Counted from the stretch's first letter, positions 22,564 to 32,901 are shown. The stretch: DNA of 64,000 bases from Gemmatimonadota bacterium (GCA_046758745.1 JBHIAV010000003.1:19247-83246); one strand, 5' to 3'. Notes: a model not told the origin generated them from the letters alone. Numbers and translations: made by a program.

Positions 22564-23997
22564 ATGCGTCCTCTAGGCTGCTCGATGGTGGCGGCGCTGT
22601 ACGCGGTGGCGCCGGCCCTGGGCGCGGTGGCGCCGGCCCTGGGCGCGCAGGTGTCGGGGGAGAGGACGACGTCGCTCACCGAACTGAGTTCCTCCTTCGA
22701 GCGCCTCTCGGCCGCGATCGCTCCCTCCGTCGTGCGGATCCAGACGACCGGTTTCGGACTCTCCGAGGAGAGCCTCCGGGCGGGCTCGTTCGCCCACACG
22801 CAGAGCGAGGGATCGGGCGTCATCCTCCATCCCGACGGCTATATCGTCACGAACGCGCATGTGGTCGAGGGCGCGCAGCGCGTTCGCGTCGAGCTGGCCG
22901 CCCCTCCGGAGTCGCTTCCCACGGGTCGGTCGATCCTTCGGCCCCGCGGAGAGCTGCTCGAGGCACGCGTCGTCGGGGTGGATGTGGAGACCGACCTGGC
23001 GGTGCTGAGGGTGGAGCGCTCGGGCCTTCCGGCCGTCCAGCTCGCCGACTCCGACGAGCTGCAACCCGGCCAGATCGTCCTCGCCTTCGGGAGTCCTCTC
23101 GGCCTCGAGAACTCCGTCACCATGGGCGTGGTGAGCGCGGTGGCACGTCAGCTCCGGCCGGGGGACCCGATGGTCTACATCCAGACGGACGCCCCGATCA
23201 ACCCGGGCAGCAGCGGCGGTCCTCTGGTGGACGCGACCGGCCGTGTCGTCGGAATCAACACCTTCATCTTCTCCCGGTCCGGCGGGAACGAGGGGATCGG
23301 CTTCGCCGCTCCCAGCAACATCGTGGCGAGCGTGTTCCGGCAGTTGAAGGAGACCGGCCGCGTTCGGCGGGGCATCATCGGGGTGACGGCCCAGACGATC
23401 GATCCGATGATGGCCGCCGGCCTCGGGCTGCCCCGCTCCTGGGGGGTGATACTGGGAGACGTACATCCCGGCGGGCCGGCGGATCGGACCGGGCTGCGAG
23501 TGGGCGACATCGTGCTCACTCTGGACGGAAAGCCTATGGAGAACGGGCGGCAATTCGACGTCAACGTGTACCGCAAAGTCATCGGCGACATCACCCGACT
23601 CGAGGTGTTGCGCGGCGACTCGACCCTCACTTTCGAGGTGCCGGTCTACGAGCGGGCGTTCGACCCACAGAGCCTGGCCGACCTCGTGACCGAGGAGGAG
23701 AACCTGATCCCGGAGCTCGGGATCCTCGGGATCACCCTGGACGCCGAGTTGGCCCGCCTTCTTCCGCCGCTCCGCAACCGCAGCGGGGTGATCGTGGCCG
23801 CCAGGGCGCCCGGCGTCACGTACTGGGGAGGGAACGGTCTTCTCCCGGGCGACGTCATCCTCGCGGTGAACGGGATACCCGTGAGCGGGCTGGCCACCCT
23901 GCGCTCGGCCATGGGGAGGACCCGTCACGGTGAACCGGTGGTCGTGCAGGTGGAGCGCCGCGGCGGGTTGCGCTACCTGGTCTTCGAGCGGGAGTGA
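22564..23997 (+). CDS. HtrA/DegP-like serine protease with two PDZ domains
   Basis: GSGVI, TNAHVV, DLAVL, INPGSSGGPL (N-to-S variant of GNSGG). Confidence 0.92.
   Translation: MRPLGCSMVAALYAVAPALGAVAPALGAQVSGERTTSLTELSSSFERLSAAIAPSVVRIQTTGFGLSEESLRAGSFAHTQSEGSGVILHPDGYIVTNAHVVEGAQRVRVELAAPPESLPTGRSILRPRGELLEARVVGVDVETDLAVLRVERSGLPAVQLADSDELQPGQIVLAFGSPLGLENSVTMGVVSAVARQLRPGDPMVYIQTDAPINPGSSGGPLVDATGRVVGINTFIFSRSGGNEGIGFAAPSNIVASVFRQLKETGRVRRGIIGVTAQTIDPMMAAGLGLPRSWGVILGDVHPGGPADRTGLRVGDIVLTLDGKPMENGRQFDVNVYRKVIGDITRLEVLRGDSTLTFEVPVYERAFDPQSLADLVTEEENLIPELGILGITLDAELARLLPPLRNRSGVIVAARAPGVTYWGGNGLLPGDVILAVNGIPVSGLATLRSAMGRTRHGEPVVVQVERRGGLRYLVFERE
22603..22644. repeat. Perfect 21-bp tandem repeat in the HtrA signal region (AVAPALG x2)
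   Basis: gcggtggcgccggccctgggc x2. Confidence 0.9.
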
Positions 23998-24001
23998 GAC
24001 G

Positions 24002-24814
24002 GTGATTCCACCGAAGAAGCGCGATGAGGCAAGGGCCGGAAGGGGCACGAAAGAGGGCGGGCGTCGCGGCGCTGTGGCGCCCCGCACCTTCACGGATCGC
24101 AAGAGCAACTCGGAGATGGTCCTTGCCGATTCCGAGCGCACCTTCAAGGTGGTGGAACGCGCGCTCCGCGAGCTGTGGGATGTGGTGGACGAGCTCGCGC
24201 GCATCCTCCCAACGCAGCCGGAGTACTATCGCGTCACCATATTCGGCTCCTCTCGCATGAACGCGGGCGATCCCCTGTACGCGGACGTCCGCCGCTTGGC
24301 CAAGGAGCTCGCCGGGATGGGGTGCGACATCGTGACGGGAGGGGGACCGGGCCTCATGCAGGCGGCGAACGAGGGGGAGCGGCTCGGAGACACGCTGCAG
24401 AGGACGCGCTCCTACGGGCTCAACGTCGAGCTCCCGCACGAGCAGATGCCGAACCCTTTCGTCGAGAAGCTGTACCACCACAAGACCTTCTTTTCACGCC
24501 TGCACCATTTCGTGAGGCTCTCCAGCGCCTTCGTGGTCGTGCAGGGCGGGATCGGCACCTCCCTCGAAACGATGCTCGTCTGGCAGCTCTGCCAGGTCAG
24601 ACACGTGCACGACCGCCCGCTCGTCCTGGTTGGACAGATGTGGAGGGGTCTCGTCGCGTGGGCGCGTGAGTACATGGTGGAGTCGGGCCAACGGCTCGCC
24701 GACCCGGAGGACCTCCAGATCCCGATCTGTGTCGACACCGTGGACGAGGCGGTGGAGGTCGTCCGGAAGGACCTGGAGCGCTGGAACGCGGCGAGGGCGG
24801 GTAAGACTCCGTGA
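24002..24814 (+). CDS. LOG family (Rossmann-fold nucleotide phosphoribohydrolase-like)
   Basis: VTIFGSSR, TGGGPGLMQAAN, LPHEQ.PNP, GGIGT..E; start uncertain. Confidence 0.88.
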   Translation: MIPPKKRDEARAGRGTKEGGRRGAVAPRTFTDRKSNSEMVLADSERTFKVVERALRELWDVVDELARILPTQPEYYRVTIFGSSRMNAGDPLYADVRRLAKELAGMGCDIVTGGGPGLMQAANEGERLGDTLQRTRSYGLNVELPHEQMPNPFVEKLYHHKTFFSRLHHFVRLSSAFVVVQGGIGTSLETMLVWQLCQVRHVHDRPLVLVGQMWRGLVAWAREYMVESGQRLADPEDLQIPICVDTVDEAVEVVRKDLERWNAARAGKTP

Positions 24815-25122
24815 ACTTCTAGGGCGGCCTCCCGCCGCTTGCTGCATGACGTGCGCCCCGGCAACCCCGCGGCGCGCTCGCTCTCAGACTCCTCACGCCC
24901 CTCCTTCCATCGCCTCGCCGGGGCGGCGAGGCGGGCAGAGCTTCCGCTCACCAGCAACGGAGATCGGGAATGCAACGTTGCTTCCGCTCAAGCTGACCTG
25001 AGTCAGGCCGGCCGGCGACGAGGGTTCACCCCACGGTCAACCCTTTCGCCGCGCGCGGAGTCTAAGCGTTGGGTGTGGGGAGGATCCGGCCGCGTGCGGC
25101 GCGGCCGACGCCCCACTACAGC

Positions 25123-25174
25123 GGGCGGTGGACGCGAGACTCCGGGCGGTGGACGCGAGACCCCGGGGCGGTGG
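25123..25174. repeat. Intergenic 21-bp tandem repeat, about 2.4 copies
   Basis: gggcggtggacgcgagac(t/c)cc x2 plus a partial third copy. Confidence 0.85.
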
Positions 25175-25225
25175 CACCCGCATGCCGGAAGAACCGAAAT
25201 GTGCCGGGCGTGGAGGGTGGCGAGC

Positions 25226-27499
25226 ATGCGGAGCCTCATCCTGGCGGCGCTGCTGGCTCTGCCGATCGGCAGCTTGCAGGCCCGGTCCTCGTCGACCGAA
25301 CAAGATCCCGAGACCTCCTCTTTCTTCGAGCCCAACATCCAACCGATCCTCCAGGTGCGTCGCGCAGCCGGCGATATCGAGATCGACGGTGCTCTCGATG
25401 ATCCCGGCTGGGCCGGAGCGGCGCGAGCCACGAACTTCGCCGAGAACTGGCCGCGGGAGAAGGGAGAGCCGCCGGTGGAGAGCGAGGTTCTGGTCAGCTA
25501 CGACGAAGACAATCTGTACCTTGGGTTCATCGCGCAGGACGATCCGAGCAGCATCCGGGCGTCTCTGCGGGATCGGGACGAGATGTGGTCGGACGACTAC
25601 TTCGGTATCCTGCTCGACACGTATGGCGACGCGTCGTGGGCTTACTTCCTGTTCGCCAACCCATTCGGGATCCAGGGAGACTCGCGATTCGTCTCCAGTG
25701 GAGGCGAAGATGACAACTTCGACATCATCTACTACACGGAGGGGCAGATCACGGAGACCGGGTACGTGATCGAGATGGCGATCCCCTTCAAGAGCCTCCG
25801 CTTCCCGGACCGGCCGGTCCAGGAGTGGCGCGCGACGTTCTGGCGAACGCGTCCGCGGGAAAGCCGTTCCACCTACACGTGGGCCGCCATGGATCGGGAT
25901 GAATCCTGCTTCCTGTGTCAGTTCGGAACGCTCGCCGGAATGGAAGGAGTGAGGCCGGGCGGAGCGCTGGAGATCATTCCGTCGGTGGTCACCTCCCAGG
26001 TAGGGATCCTGCGTGACGCCTCCGATCCCAATTCGGGAATCGAGAACGGGGGCGTGGATGGTGATGGCGCGCTCGGCATTCGCTACGCGTTCCCCAACGG
26101 AATCACGGCCGAGGTGGCGATCAATCAGGACTTCAGCCAGGTCGAGTCGGACGTCGCGCAGATCGACGTGAACACTACCTTCGCCCTCTTCTTCCCGGAG
26201 CGCCGACCCTTCTTCCAGGAGGGAAGCGACCTGTTCGATACCTTCATCAACGCCGTCTACACACGCTCGATCAACGACCCACAGGTCACGGGCCGCCTGA
26301 CCGCCCGGATGGGACGAACGAGCTTCGCGTACATCGGAGCCCGGGACGAGAACTCGCCGCTCCTCATCCCGTTCGAGGAGCGGAGCTTCATCGGCCAGGC
26401 GGGCAGGAGCTTCACGAACATCGGACGTGTGAAGCAGACGCTCTACTCCAACGCGTACGTGGGCGCGCTGTTCACGGATCGTCGTTTCGAAGGCAACGAC
26501 GGATCGGGCAGCGTCTTCGGAGCGGACGGCGTATTTACTCTGGGGCAAAAGCACCGGGTGGAGTGGCAGATTCTGGGCAGCCGCACCTCGGAGCCCAACG
26601 ATCTGAGCCTCACGGATGGCGTCGACCACCTCGATTTCGCCCGCGGGGCGCACACGGCCGCCTTCGATGGGGAGTCCTTCTGGGGCTACGCCCAATACAC
26701 GAGCTTCGAGCGAAGCGCCCGCACGTGGAACTTCCACTTCAGGTATTCGGCTCTCAGTCCCACCTTCCGCGCCGACAACGGGTTCGAGACGCGGAATGAC
26801 AACCGCCGGCTCACCATGTGGCAGTCGCTCGCGTTCTACCCGAACAGCTCCATCCTGGACCAGATCCGACCCGGATTCTTCGCCAGGCGCTCGTGGAACT
26901 TCGACGGCGTGCGAAAGCGCGATCTGGTGGAACCTACGCTTTCCCTCAATCTGAAGGCGCAGACCTTCCTCAACGTGTGGTACGACTTCGGGCGCGAGCG
27001 TTTCCAGGAAATCGAGTTCGACGGCATCCGTCGCTGGGGCGCATTCGTGAATTCGAACTTCAGCGATCCCGTGAAGCTCGGGTTCTTCGTCTCACACGGG
27101 CGCTCGATCGCCCGCAACCTCGACACTCCGGTGCTCGGTACGAGCACGGACTTCGAGCTGTTCGGCAGTTTCAAGCCGCACACGCGGCTGGTCATCCAGC
27201 CCTCGCTCACCTTCTCCGAGCTCAACGAGCCGAACGGAGACGAGGTGTTCAGCGGGTACATCCTCCGAACGCGCACGAATCTCCAGTTCACGCGCGAGCT
27301 CTTCCTGCGGCTCGTAGTCCAGTACAACGACTTCGGCCAGCAGCTCAGCATCGAGCCGTTGCTCACCTACAAGGTGAACCCGTTCACCCTCTTCTTCATC
27401 GGCTCGACGCTCGCCTACCGGAACTACGAAGAGCCCGATGTATTCGCTCAGACGGAGCGGCAGTTCTTCGCCAAGTTCCAGTACCTGCTGCGGCTTTAG
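25226..27499 (+). CDS. CBM9-like plus DUF5916 outer-membrane beta-barrel protein
   Basis: Signal peptide, IDGALDDPGW, NPFGIQGD, DFSQVESD, ERRPFFQEG, C-terminal FAKFQYLLRL. Confidence 0.85.
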   Translation: MRSLILAALLALPIGSLQARSSSTEQDPETSSFFEPNIQPILQVRRAAGDIEIDGALDDPGWAGAARATNFAENWPREKGEPPVESEVLVSYDEDNLYLGFIAQDDPSSIRASLRDRDEMWSDDYFGILLDTYGDASWAYFLFANPFGIQGDSRFVSSGGEDDNFDIIYYTEGQITETGYVIEMAIPFKSLRFPDRPVQEWRATFWRTRPRESRSTYTWAAMDRDESCFLCQFGTLAGMEGVRPGGALEIIPSVVTSQVGILRDASDPNSGIENGGVDGDGALGIRYAFPNGITAEVAINQDFSQVESDVAQIDVNTTFALFFPERRPFFQEGSDLFDTFINAVYTRSINDPQVTGRLTARMGRTSFAYIGARDENSPLLIPFEERSFIGQAGRSFTNIGRVKQTLYSNAYVGALFTDRRFEGNDGSGSVFGADGVFTLGQKHRVEWQILGSRTSEPNDLSLTDGVDHLDFARGAHTAAFDGESFWGYAQYTSFERSARTWNFHFRYSALSPTFRADNGFETRNDNRRLTMWQSLAFYPNSSILDQIRPGFFARRSWNFDGVRKRDLVEPTLSLNLKAQTFLNVWYDFGRERFQEIEFDGIRRWGAFVNSNFSDPVKLGFFVSHGRSIARNLDTPVLGTSTDFELFGSFKPHTRLVIQPSLTFSELNEPNGDEVFSGYILRTRTNLQFTRELFLRLVVQYNDFGQQLSIEPLLTYKVNPFTLFFIGSTLAYRNYEEPDVFAQTERQFFAKFQYLLRL

Positions 27500-27748
27500 A
27501 TGCGGGGGAGCGATCGGAGAGAGGGAGCGCGGCCGCCGAGATAGGCGGATGGCCGCGGGGCCGGCCGCCAGAGATCCGCTCGGCTTACGCTATGCCGGCG
27601 GTTCGCGCGAAGGAAACCAACCCCCTCCATCGAGGTAATATGCAGCTGGAGGCACGCCGGCTCGGGCTGGATCAGCGGCCGGAGGGCGTTCCATGCTGCC
27701 TCTGCCCGGGCCTCGGTCGACCACCCGAACACCCATCAGAGAAGGAAA

Positions 27749-28567
27749 ATGCGCTTGGGGCGCACGCCCTCCTCGGTGCGGCGTATCGCGCGGAATGGGC
27801 CCCACTTCAGGCGTGTCAGCCGGCGATACGATGCGCTGCGGACGTTTCACGGGAGCGTCGTAGAGAGGACCGTCGAAGCTCTCGAGCCGCTCCGGCGACC
27901 GATCACCCTGGTCGACGTCGGGGTGGGTACGGGCAGGTATCTCCTGCCGATTTTCCGGCGCCTGGAGGAGGAGGCGCCCGGATCGGTGCGCGCCGTCGGT
28001 GTGGACGCGGAATCGGCGATGCTCGAACGGTTCGTGGGGCGGGCCGGTGCCGCGAGCCGCCTGACGGCCCTCGTAGCCGATGGACACCGACTTCCCCTAC
28101 CAGACGGCGTCGTAGGCGCGCTCCTCCGCTTCAACGCGATACACCACCTCGAGCTACGCTCATTCCTCGCCGAGGCGGCACGCGTCCTCCTACGCGGCGG
28201 CCGGTTGCTTCTTTACACGAGGACTCCGGAGCAGAACCGACGCACGATCTGGGGGCGATACTTCCCCCTCTTCGCCGATAGGGAGAGACGTCTGCACTCG
28301 GCAGAGCGAATTCAACAGCTGCTCGAGCGGGCCGGCCGGTTCCAGCTCCTCGAGCTCGCTTCGGTGCGGCATGTCGAGCGCACGTCTCCACAGCGTCTGC
28401 AAGAGCAGGCTCGTCTCCGGCATTACTCCACCTTCGAGCTGTATACGTCGGAGGAGTTCCGGCACGCTCTCGAGCTTTTCCGGCATCGCCTGGAGGTTGA
28501 GCTCGACGGGGAGCGGACGATCGAGGTCACCCATGAGAACACGTGGGTAGCCGCGGAACGTGTCTGA
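27749..28567 (+). CDS. Class I SAM-dependent methyltransferase
   Basis: VDVGVGTG, ADGHRLPL, AIHHL, LLRGGRL. Confidence 0.85.
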   Translation: MRLGRTPSSVRRIARNGPHFRRVSRRYDALRTFHGSVVERTVEALEPLRRPITLVDVGVGTGRYLLPIFRRLEEEAPGSVRAVGVDAESAMLERFVGRAGAASRLTALVADGHRLPLPDGVVGALLRFNAIHHLELRSFLAEAARVLLRGGRLLLYTRTPEQNRRTIWGRYFPLFADRERRLHSAERIQQLLERAGRFQLLELASVRHVERTSPQRLQEQARLRHYSTFELYTSEEFRHALELFRHRLEVELDGERTIEVTHENTWVAAERV

Positions 28568-28665
28568 TCGGAGACCCTGGCCCGAGGACGTCCCTTCAGG
28601 TTCCCTTCGACCTCACGACCACCGTGCGCACGATGCTCATCGTGCAGCGCCTGACGGTTCCGGTC

Positions 28666-29853
28666 CTACAGTATCTCGAAGCCCACGGCGGGGGGCGTCG
28701 CCGGCGCGACCGAAGGAGCCCGCACGGCCCGAGGGGTCGCCGGCACCACCATCTCCGGGATCCGGATCCCCCGGATCTCGAACTCGGGCACGACGATCTC
28801 CGGCACCACCATCTCCGGGATGGCGAACTCCGGCAGGACGATCGAACGGGTCGAGATCTCGGGGATCGTGAACGAGGGAATCGTGAACTCTGGGATCACG
28901 AGCGGAGCCACATCGAACTCCGGGACCTCGAAGGAGAACTCCTCCGGGCCATCGAATTCGAAGTAGAAGGCCTGCTCGGAAGGAGGCCCGAAGTGAAGGC
29001 GGGAGCCCTCTCGCTCGGGGAGCTCGACCGTCAGGCTCCTTTCGCGCTTGTCTCGCAGAATCGTCACCGTGATCGGCCCGGCCTCCGCGTCTCGGACGGC
29101 ACGGGCCGCGTCGCCGGGATCCTCGATCTCCACGTCGCCGATCCGCGTGATCACGTCCCCCGCCTTGAGCCCTGCTTTCTCGGCCGGCGAGTCCTCGCGC
29201 ACGGAGGAGATGAGCGCGCCCTTGCCGTCAGACGCGCCGAAGTACTCCCCGAGCTGTTCGCTGAGGCTCTGCATTACAACCCCCAGCCGGCCCCTCTCCG
29301 CGTTGATGAAGATGCTGTACGCCCCGCCCGGCCCCACATGGCGCATGCGCTCCTTCATCGACTCGCCCAGCTCCCTCATCTCTTTCATCCGCCGCTCGTG
29401 GGCGCGCGCCCACGCCCTCCTCCCCGGACGCTCGCCCAATGTGACGGAGATCTCCCGCTCGTCCCCGTCCCGCCACACCCCGAGCCTCACCGTGCGATCG
29501 GCCGGTGTCTCTCGAACGAGACGCCGGAGCTGCATCGCGCTCTCCACCCGGGCCCCGTTCCAGCTCAGGATGATGTCGTCCTTCTCCAGCCCCGCCTCGG
29601 AGGCCGGGCTCTCCTCGGAGATATCCGTCAGGAGGGCACCGCGGGGCTCCGAGAGGCCGAGGCGGTCCGCCGCCTCCCGGTCCACCTCCTCGATGTACAC
29701 GCCCAGGTAGCTTCCGCCGGCACCGAACGCGAAGGCCCGAACACGCGGTTCGGGGGCGTCCTCCTTCTCCTGCGCCCGGAGCGAGGAGGAGAAACCGGCG
29801 ACGGCGGCGGTGGCGAGCAGAGCGCCGAGGACCAGCAGCAGCCTGCGTCTCAT
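28666..29853 (-). CDS. Exported double-PDZ protein without a protease domain, with a pentapeptide-repeat tail
   Basis: YLGVYI and RLGVVM PDZ starts, SPA..AGL...D.I twice, signal peptide. Confidence 0.85.
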   Translation of the reverse strand: MRRRLLLVLGALLATAAVAGFSSSLRAQEKEDAPEPRVRAFAFGAGGSYLGVYIEEVDREAADRLGLSEPRGALLTDISEESPASEAGLEKDDIILSWNGARVESAMQLRRLVRETPADRTVRLGVWRDGDEREISVTLGERPGRRAWARAHERRMKEMRELGESMKERMRHVGPGGAYSIFINAERGRLGVVMQSLSEQLGEYFGASDGKGALISSVREDSPAEKAGLKAGDVITRIGDVEIEDPGDAARAVRDAEAGPITVTILRDKRERSLTVELPEREGSRLHFGPPSEQAFYFEFDGPEEFSFEVPEFDVAPLVIPEFTIPSFTIPEISTRSIVLPEFAIPEMVVPEIVVPEFEIRGIRIPEMVVPATPRAVRAPSVAPATPPAVGFEIL

Positions 29854-30068
29854 CTTCCTATCTCCTTGCCATAAAGCGCGTTGCTAACCATCCGGCCGCG
29901 CCGGCGCCCTCGTCGCCGCGGATCGAGGCGAGCGATCCGCCTGCGATCCGGCGGCCCGAGGATCGGCGCACTACCCTCGCTTTCACACGGTTGGACATAC
30001 CAGGCGTCCGCCGAGTTGCCCGGACACGGTACGGGCCACTCCCACGCCGGCGACGGGGCGGCGTCCGG

Positions 30069-30995
30069 CTACGGCGCGGCTACGCGCCGCGACCCGGAGG
30101 AGCCGCCACCACGCCGGGGCGGAGCCACGATGCGGATCGCGCCCGGGAGCACCTCGAAGCTCAGAGGCCCTCCGGGACACCTCTCGCCGTCCACGTTGCA
30201 CTCGCCCGGTGGATCCAGCTCGAGCCGGACGCGGCGGGCCCGGCGCAGGAGGAGGCGGCGGCTCCCGGCCTGGCGCCCGAGCAGGATCCGCAGCGCCTCG
30301 GCGGCCAGCCGCGGGCCGGACAGGGCGGGCATGATCATGAGATCGAGCAGGCCATCGTCGGGGCGCGCGGCCGGGGCGAGCGGGATGCGACCCCCGGCGA
30401 AGCGTCCGTTCGCCACCACGACCATCACGCTCTCGAGATCGATCTTCTCGTCCCCGTCGAGCTCGACGTGGGTCCGATAGGGCCGTAGCGCTCCCACCTC
30501 GCCGATCGCCGCGCGCAGGTAGGCGAGCGGGCCCCACCTTCTCTTCATCACGGGGTCCATGCGTCGGTCGATCGTACCGCCGTAGCCGGCGACAAGCGCG
30601 TTCACGAAATGGCCGGATCGAGCGCCCGCCACGCGAACCACATCCAGCCTGCGCTCGGGACCCGCGCGAAGGAGGTCGATGGCCGGCTCCACCCTGCGAG
30701 GGATGCCGTAGCTTCGCGCCAGGTCGTTTCCCGTCCCGAGCGGGATGAGGCCGACCCGCACGGCGGGGAAGCCGGGCGCGAGCCCGGCGACGACCTCGCT
30801 CACCGTGCCATCGCCGCCAGCGGCCACGATCGTCTCGAACCCGGCCGCCGCCGCCTCGGCGGCCAGCTTCGAGGCGTCGCCGGGCGCACCCGTCACCCGC
30901 ACCTCGGCGCCGGGGAGCCGGGCGGCCGCGGCGCGCAGGACGGACGGGTCTGTGCCGCTGCCCGACACGGGGTTAAGTATTATGCATGTGCTCAT
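30069..30995 (-). CDS. Diacylglycerol/lipid kinase family (YegS/BmrU-like)
   Basis: NPVSG, AGGDGT, PLGTGNDLA, NGRFAGG, VDGE; start trimmed to 30995. Confidence 0.92.
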   Translation of the reverse strand: MSTCIILNPVSGSGTDPSVLRAAAARLPGAEVRVTGAPGDASKLAAEAAAAGFETIVAAGGDGTVSEVVAGLAPGFPAVRVGLIPLGTGNDLARSYGIPRRVEPAIDLLRAGPERRLDVVRVAGARSGHFVNALVAGYGGTIDRRMDPVMKRRWGPLAYLRAAIGEVGALRPYRTHVELDGDEKIDLESVMVVVANGRFAGGRIPLAPAARPDDGLLDLMIMPALSGPRLAAEALRILLGRQAGSRRLLLRRARRVRLELDPPGECNVDGERCPGGPLSFEVLPGAIRIVAPPRRGGGSSGSRRVAAP

Positions 30996-31093
30996 CCTTT
31001 CATATCTTGCGGGCGCGGGGCCGGTCGGGGCCATACCGATGCGGCGGGCCGGCCACGCGATCGCGCGGCGCGGCCCCCCTCTCCTGAGAGCGC

Positions 31094-32347
31094 GTGTCTC
31101 CCCCGCGTGTGGTGATCCTCGGAGCCGGCTTCGGCGGCCTTACCTGCGCGAGGGCCCTCTCCGGCGAGCCGGTTCGCGTCATCCTCATCGACCGGAACAA
31201 CTACCACCTCTTCACGCCCCTCCTGTATCAGGTGGCGAGCTCGCTCCTCAACCCGAGCGACATCGCCTACCCGGTGCGCACCGTCTTCCGCCGCTCGAAG
31301 AACGTGCGCTTCCGGGTGGGCGAGGCGGACGGCATTGATTTCGATCGCAAGTTCGTCCGCATGCGCGACGGGGATGTGCTACCGTACGACTTCCTGGTGA
31401 TCGCGACGGGAAGCGCCACCAACTACTTCGGGATGCGGGACATCGAAGCGGGAGCGCTCGGGCTCAAGGACATGCCGGAGGCGCTCCAGCTCCGGAACCA
31501 CATACTCCGCTGCTTCGAGGCGGCCTCGCGCGAGCCCGATCCCGTGCGACGCCGGCGGTGGCTCACCTTCGTGGTCGTCGGGGGTGGGCCGACGGGCATC
31601 GAGTACGCGGGCGCCCTGGCCGAACTGGTGCGCCTCGAGCTCGGCAGGGACTTCCCGGAGCTGGACATGGCCGAGGTGCGGATCATCCTGCTCGAGGCCA
31701 CGGGCCGGCTGCTCGCCGCATTCTCGGAGGAGCTCGGAGAGGACGCGCGGCGGCGGCTCGAACGCCGGAGGATCGAGGTTCGGCTGGACACCCCGGTAGA
31801 GGCGACGTCCGATGGAGCCGTCCGGCTGTCCGGGGGGCAGACCCTGGAGACGGAGACCCTGGTGTGGGCGGCCGGCGTGAAGCCCGGTGGCTTCGCGGCA
31901 CATATCGAGCTCCCCGCCACGCGCAGCGGCCGCATCCGGGTGGACGAGTACCTGCGCGTCCCCGGCCGGGAGGGCGTGTTCGCGATCGGCGATGTCGCCG
32001 GCGCCGTGCAGGACGGAACCGAGCTGCCGATGCTGTCGGCGCCCGCCATGCAGGAGGCGCGGAGCGTAGCCCGGAACATCCTCGCCGAGCTGCGGGGAAA
32101 GCCACCGAAGCCCTTCCGCTACCGCGACAAGGGGATCATGGCGACGATCGGACGGAACGCGGCGGTGGCCGAGATCGGGCGCTTCAAGCTGCGCGGGTTC
32201 CTCGGGTGGCTCGCCTGGCTGCTCGTCCACCTCTACTTCATCATCGGCTTCCGAAACCGGCTGTGGGTGCTCGCCGGCTGGGCGTGGAACTACTTCTTCT
32301 ACGACCGACCGATCCGTCTGATCGTAGGATCAAAGCGCTACAGATAA
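31094..32347 (+). CDS. ndh: Type II NADH dehydrogenase
   Basis: GAGFGG, HLFTPLLYQVA, VVGGGPTGIE, AIGD, DKGIMATIGR. Confidence 0.92.
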   Translation: MSPPRVVILGAGFGGLTCARALSGEPVRVILIDRNNYHLFTPLLYQVASSLLNPSDIAYPVRTVFRRSKNVRFRVGEADGIDFDRKFVRMRDGDVLPYDFLVIATGSATNYFGMRDIEAGALGLKDMPEALQLRNHILRCFEAASREPDPVRRRRWLTFVVVGGGPTGIEYAGALAELVRLELGRDFPELDMAEVRIILLEATGRLLAAFSEELGEDARRRLERRRIEVRLDTPVEATSDGAVRLSGGQTLETETLVWAAGVKPGGFAAHIELPATRSGRIRVDEYLRVPGREGVFAIGDVAGAVQDGTELPMLSAPAMQEARSVARNILAELRGKPPKPFRYRDKGIMATIGRNAAVAEIGRFKLRGFLGWLAWLLVHLYFIIGFRNRLWVLAGWAWNYFFYDRPIRLIVGSKRYR

Positions 32348-32487
32348 CGGCCGCAGGATCGTGCCGAGATCGATCCGGTCCCTCCGGGTCCTGGGGCATT
32401 CTCATCGCTTCCGCCTCGTCCCTTGACGGAGCGGTGTGCATATAGTTAGCTTGAAATGTTAGTTGACCAGCGGAGATCGAACATCGG

Positions 32488-32512
32488 ACCTGGCTGACGC
32501 CGGGTTTTTTTT
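32488..32512 (+). terminator. Intrinsic terminator-like hairpin
   Basis: acctggc-tgac-gccgggt stem-loop ending in an 8-T run. Confidence 0.6.
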
Positions 32513-32664
32513 GGCTGGTTGACCACTCCGCTGCGATCCGTCGGCCAGCAGCCGGCGGGCCGCGTGGGAGCGTCCAACGCGGCAAGTCCGCGACAACAGT
32601 GGGTCGGTACGTGCGGCAAATCCGGACTCCGATCACACCACCGATTAACAGAGGGAGTACGGCA

Positions 32665-32877
32665 ATGCCGATCACGGGGAAAGTAAAATGGTTCGATGAT
32701 GCCAAGGGTTTTGGCTTCATCACGCGCGACGATGGGCAGAAGGACTGCTTCGTCCATCATTCCGCCATCCAGAGCGCCGGCTTCAAGTCGCTGAGCGAAG
32801 GCGACATCGTGCAGTTCGATGTCGTGCAGGGCCAGAAGGGGCCCGCGGCCGAGAACGTGAGAAAGGTCGACGCCTGA
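32665..32877 (+). CDS. Cold-shock protein (CspA family)
   Basis: [30 protein letters not shown]. Confidence 0.97.
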   Translation: MPITGKVKWFDDAKGFGFITRDDGQKDCFVHHSAIQSAGFKSLSEGDIVQFDVVQGQKGPAAENVRKVDA

Positions 32878-32901
32878 GGAAACACACCTGAGGCAAGGCA
32901 G

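Noticed and set aside
27496-27732. 78-aa minus-strand ORF
   Set aside because: No recognisable motif or convincing SD; possibly a remnant, but unsupported.
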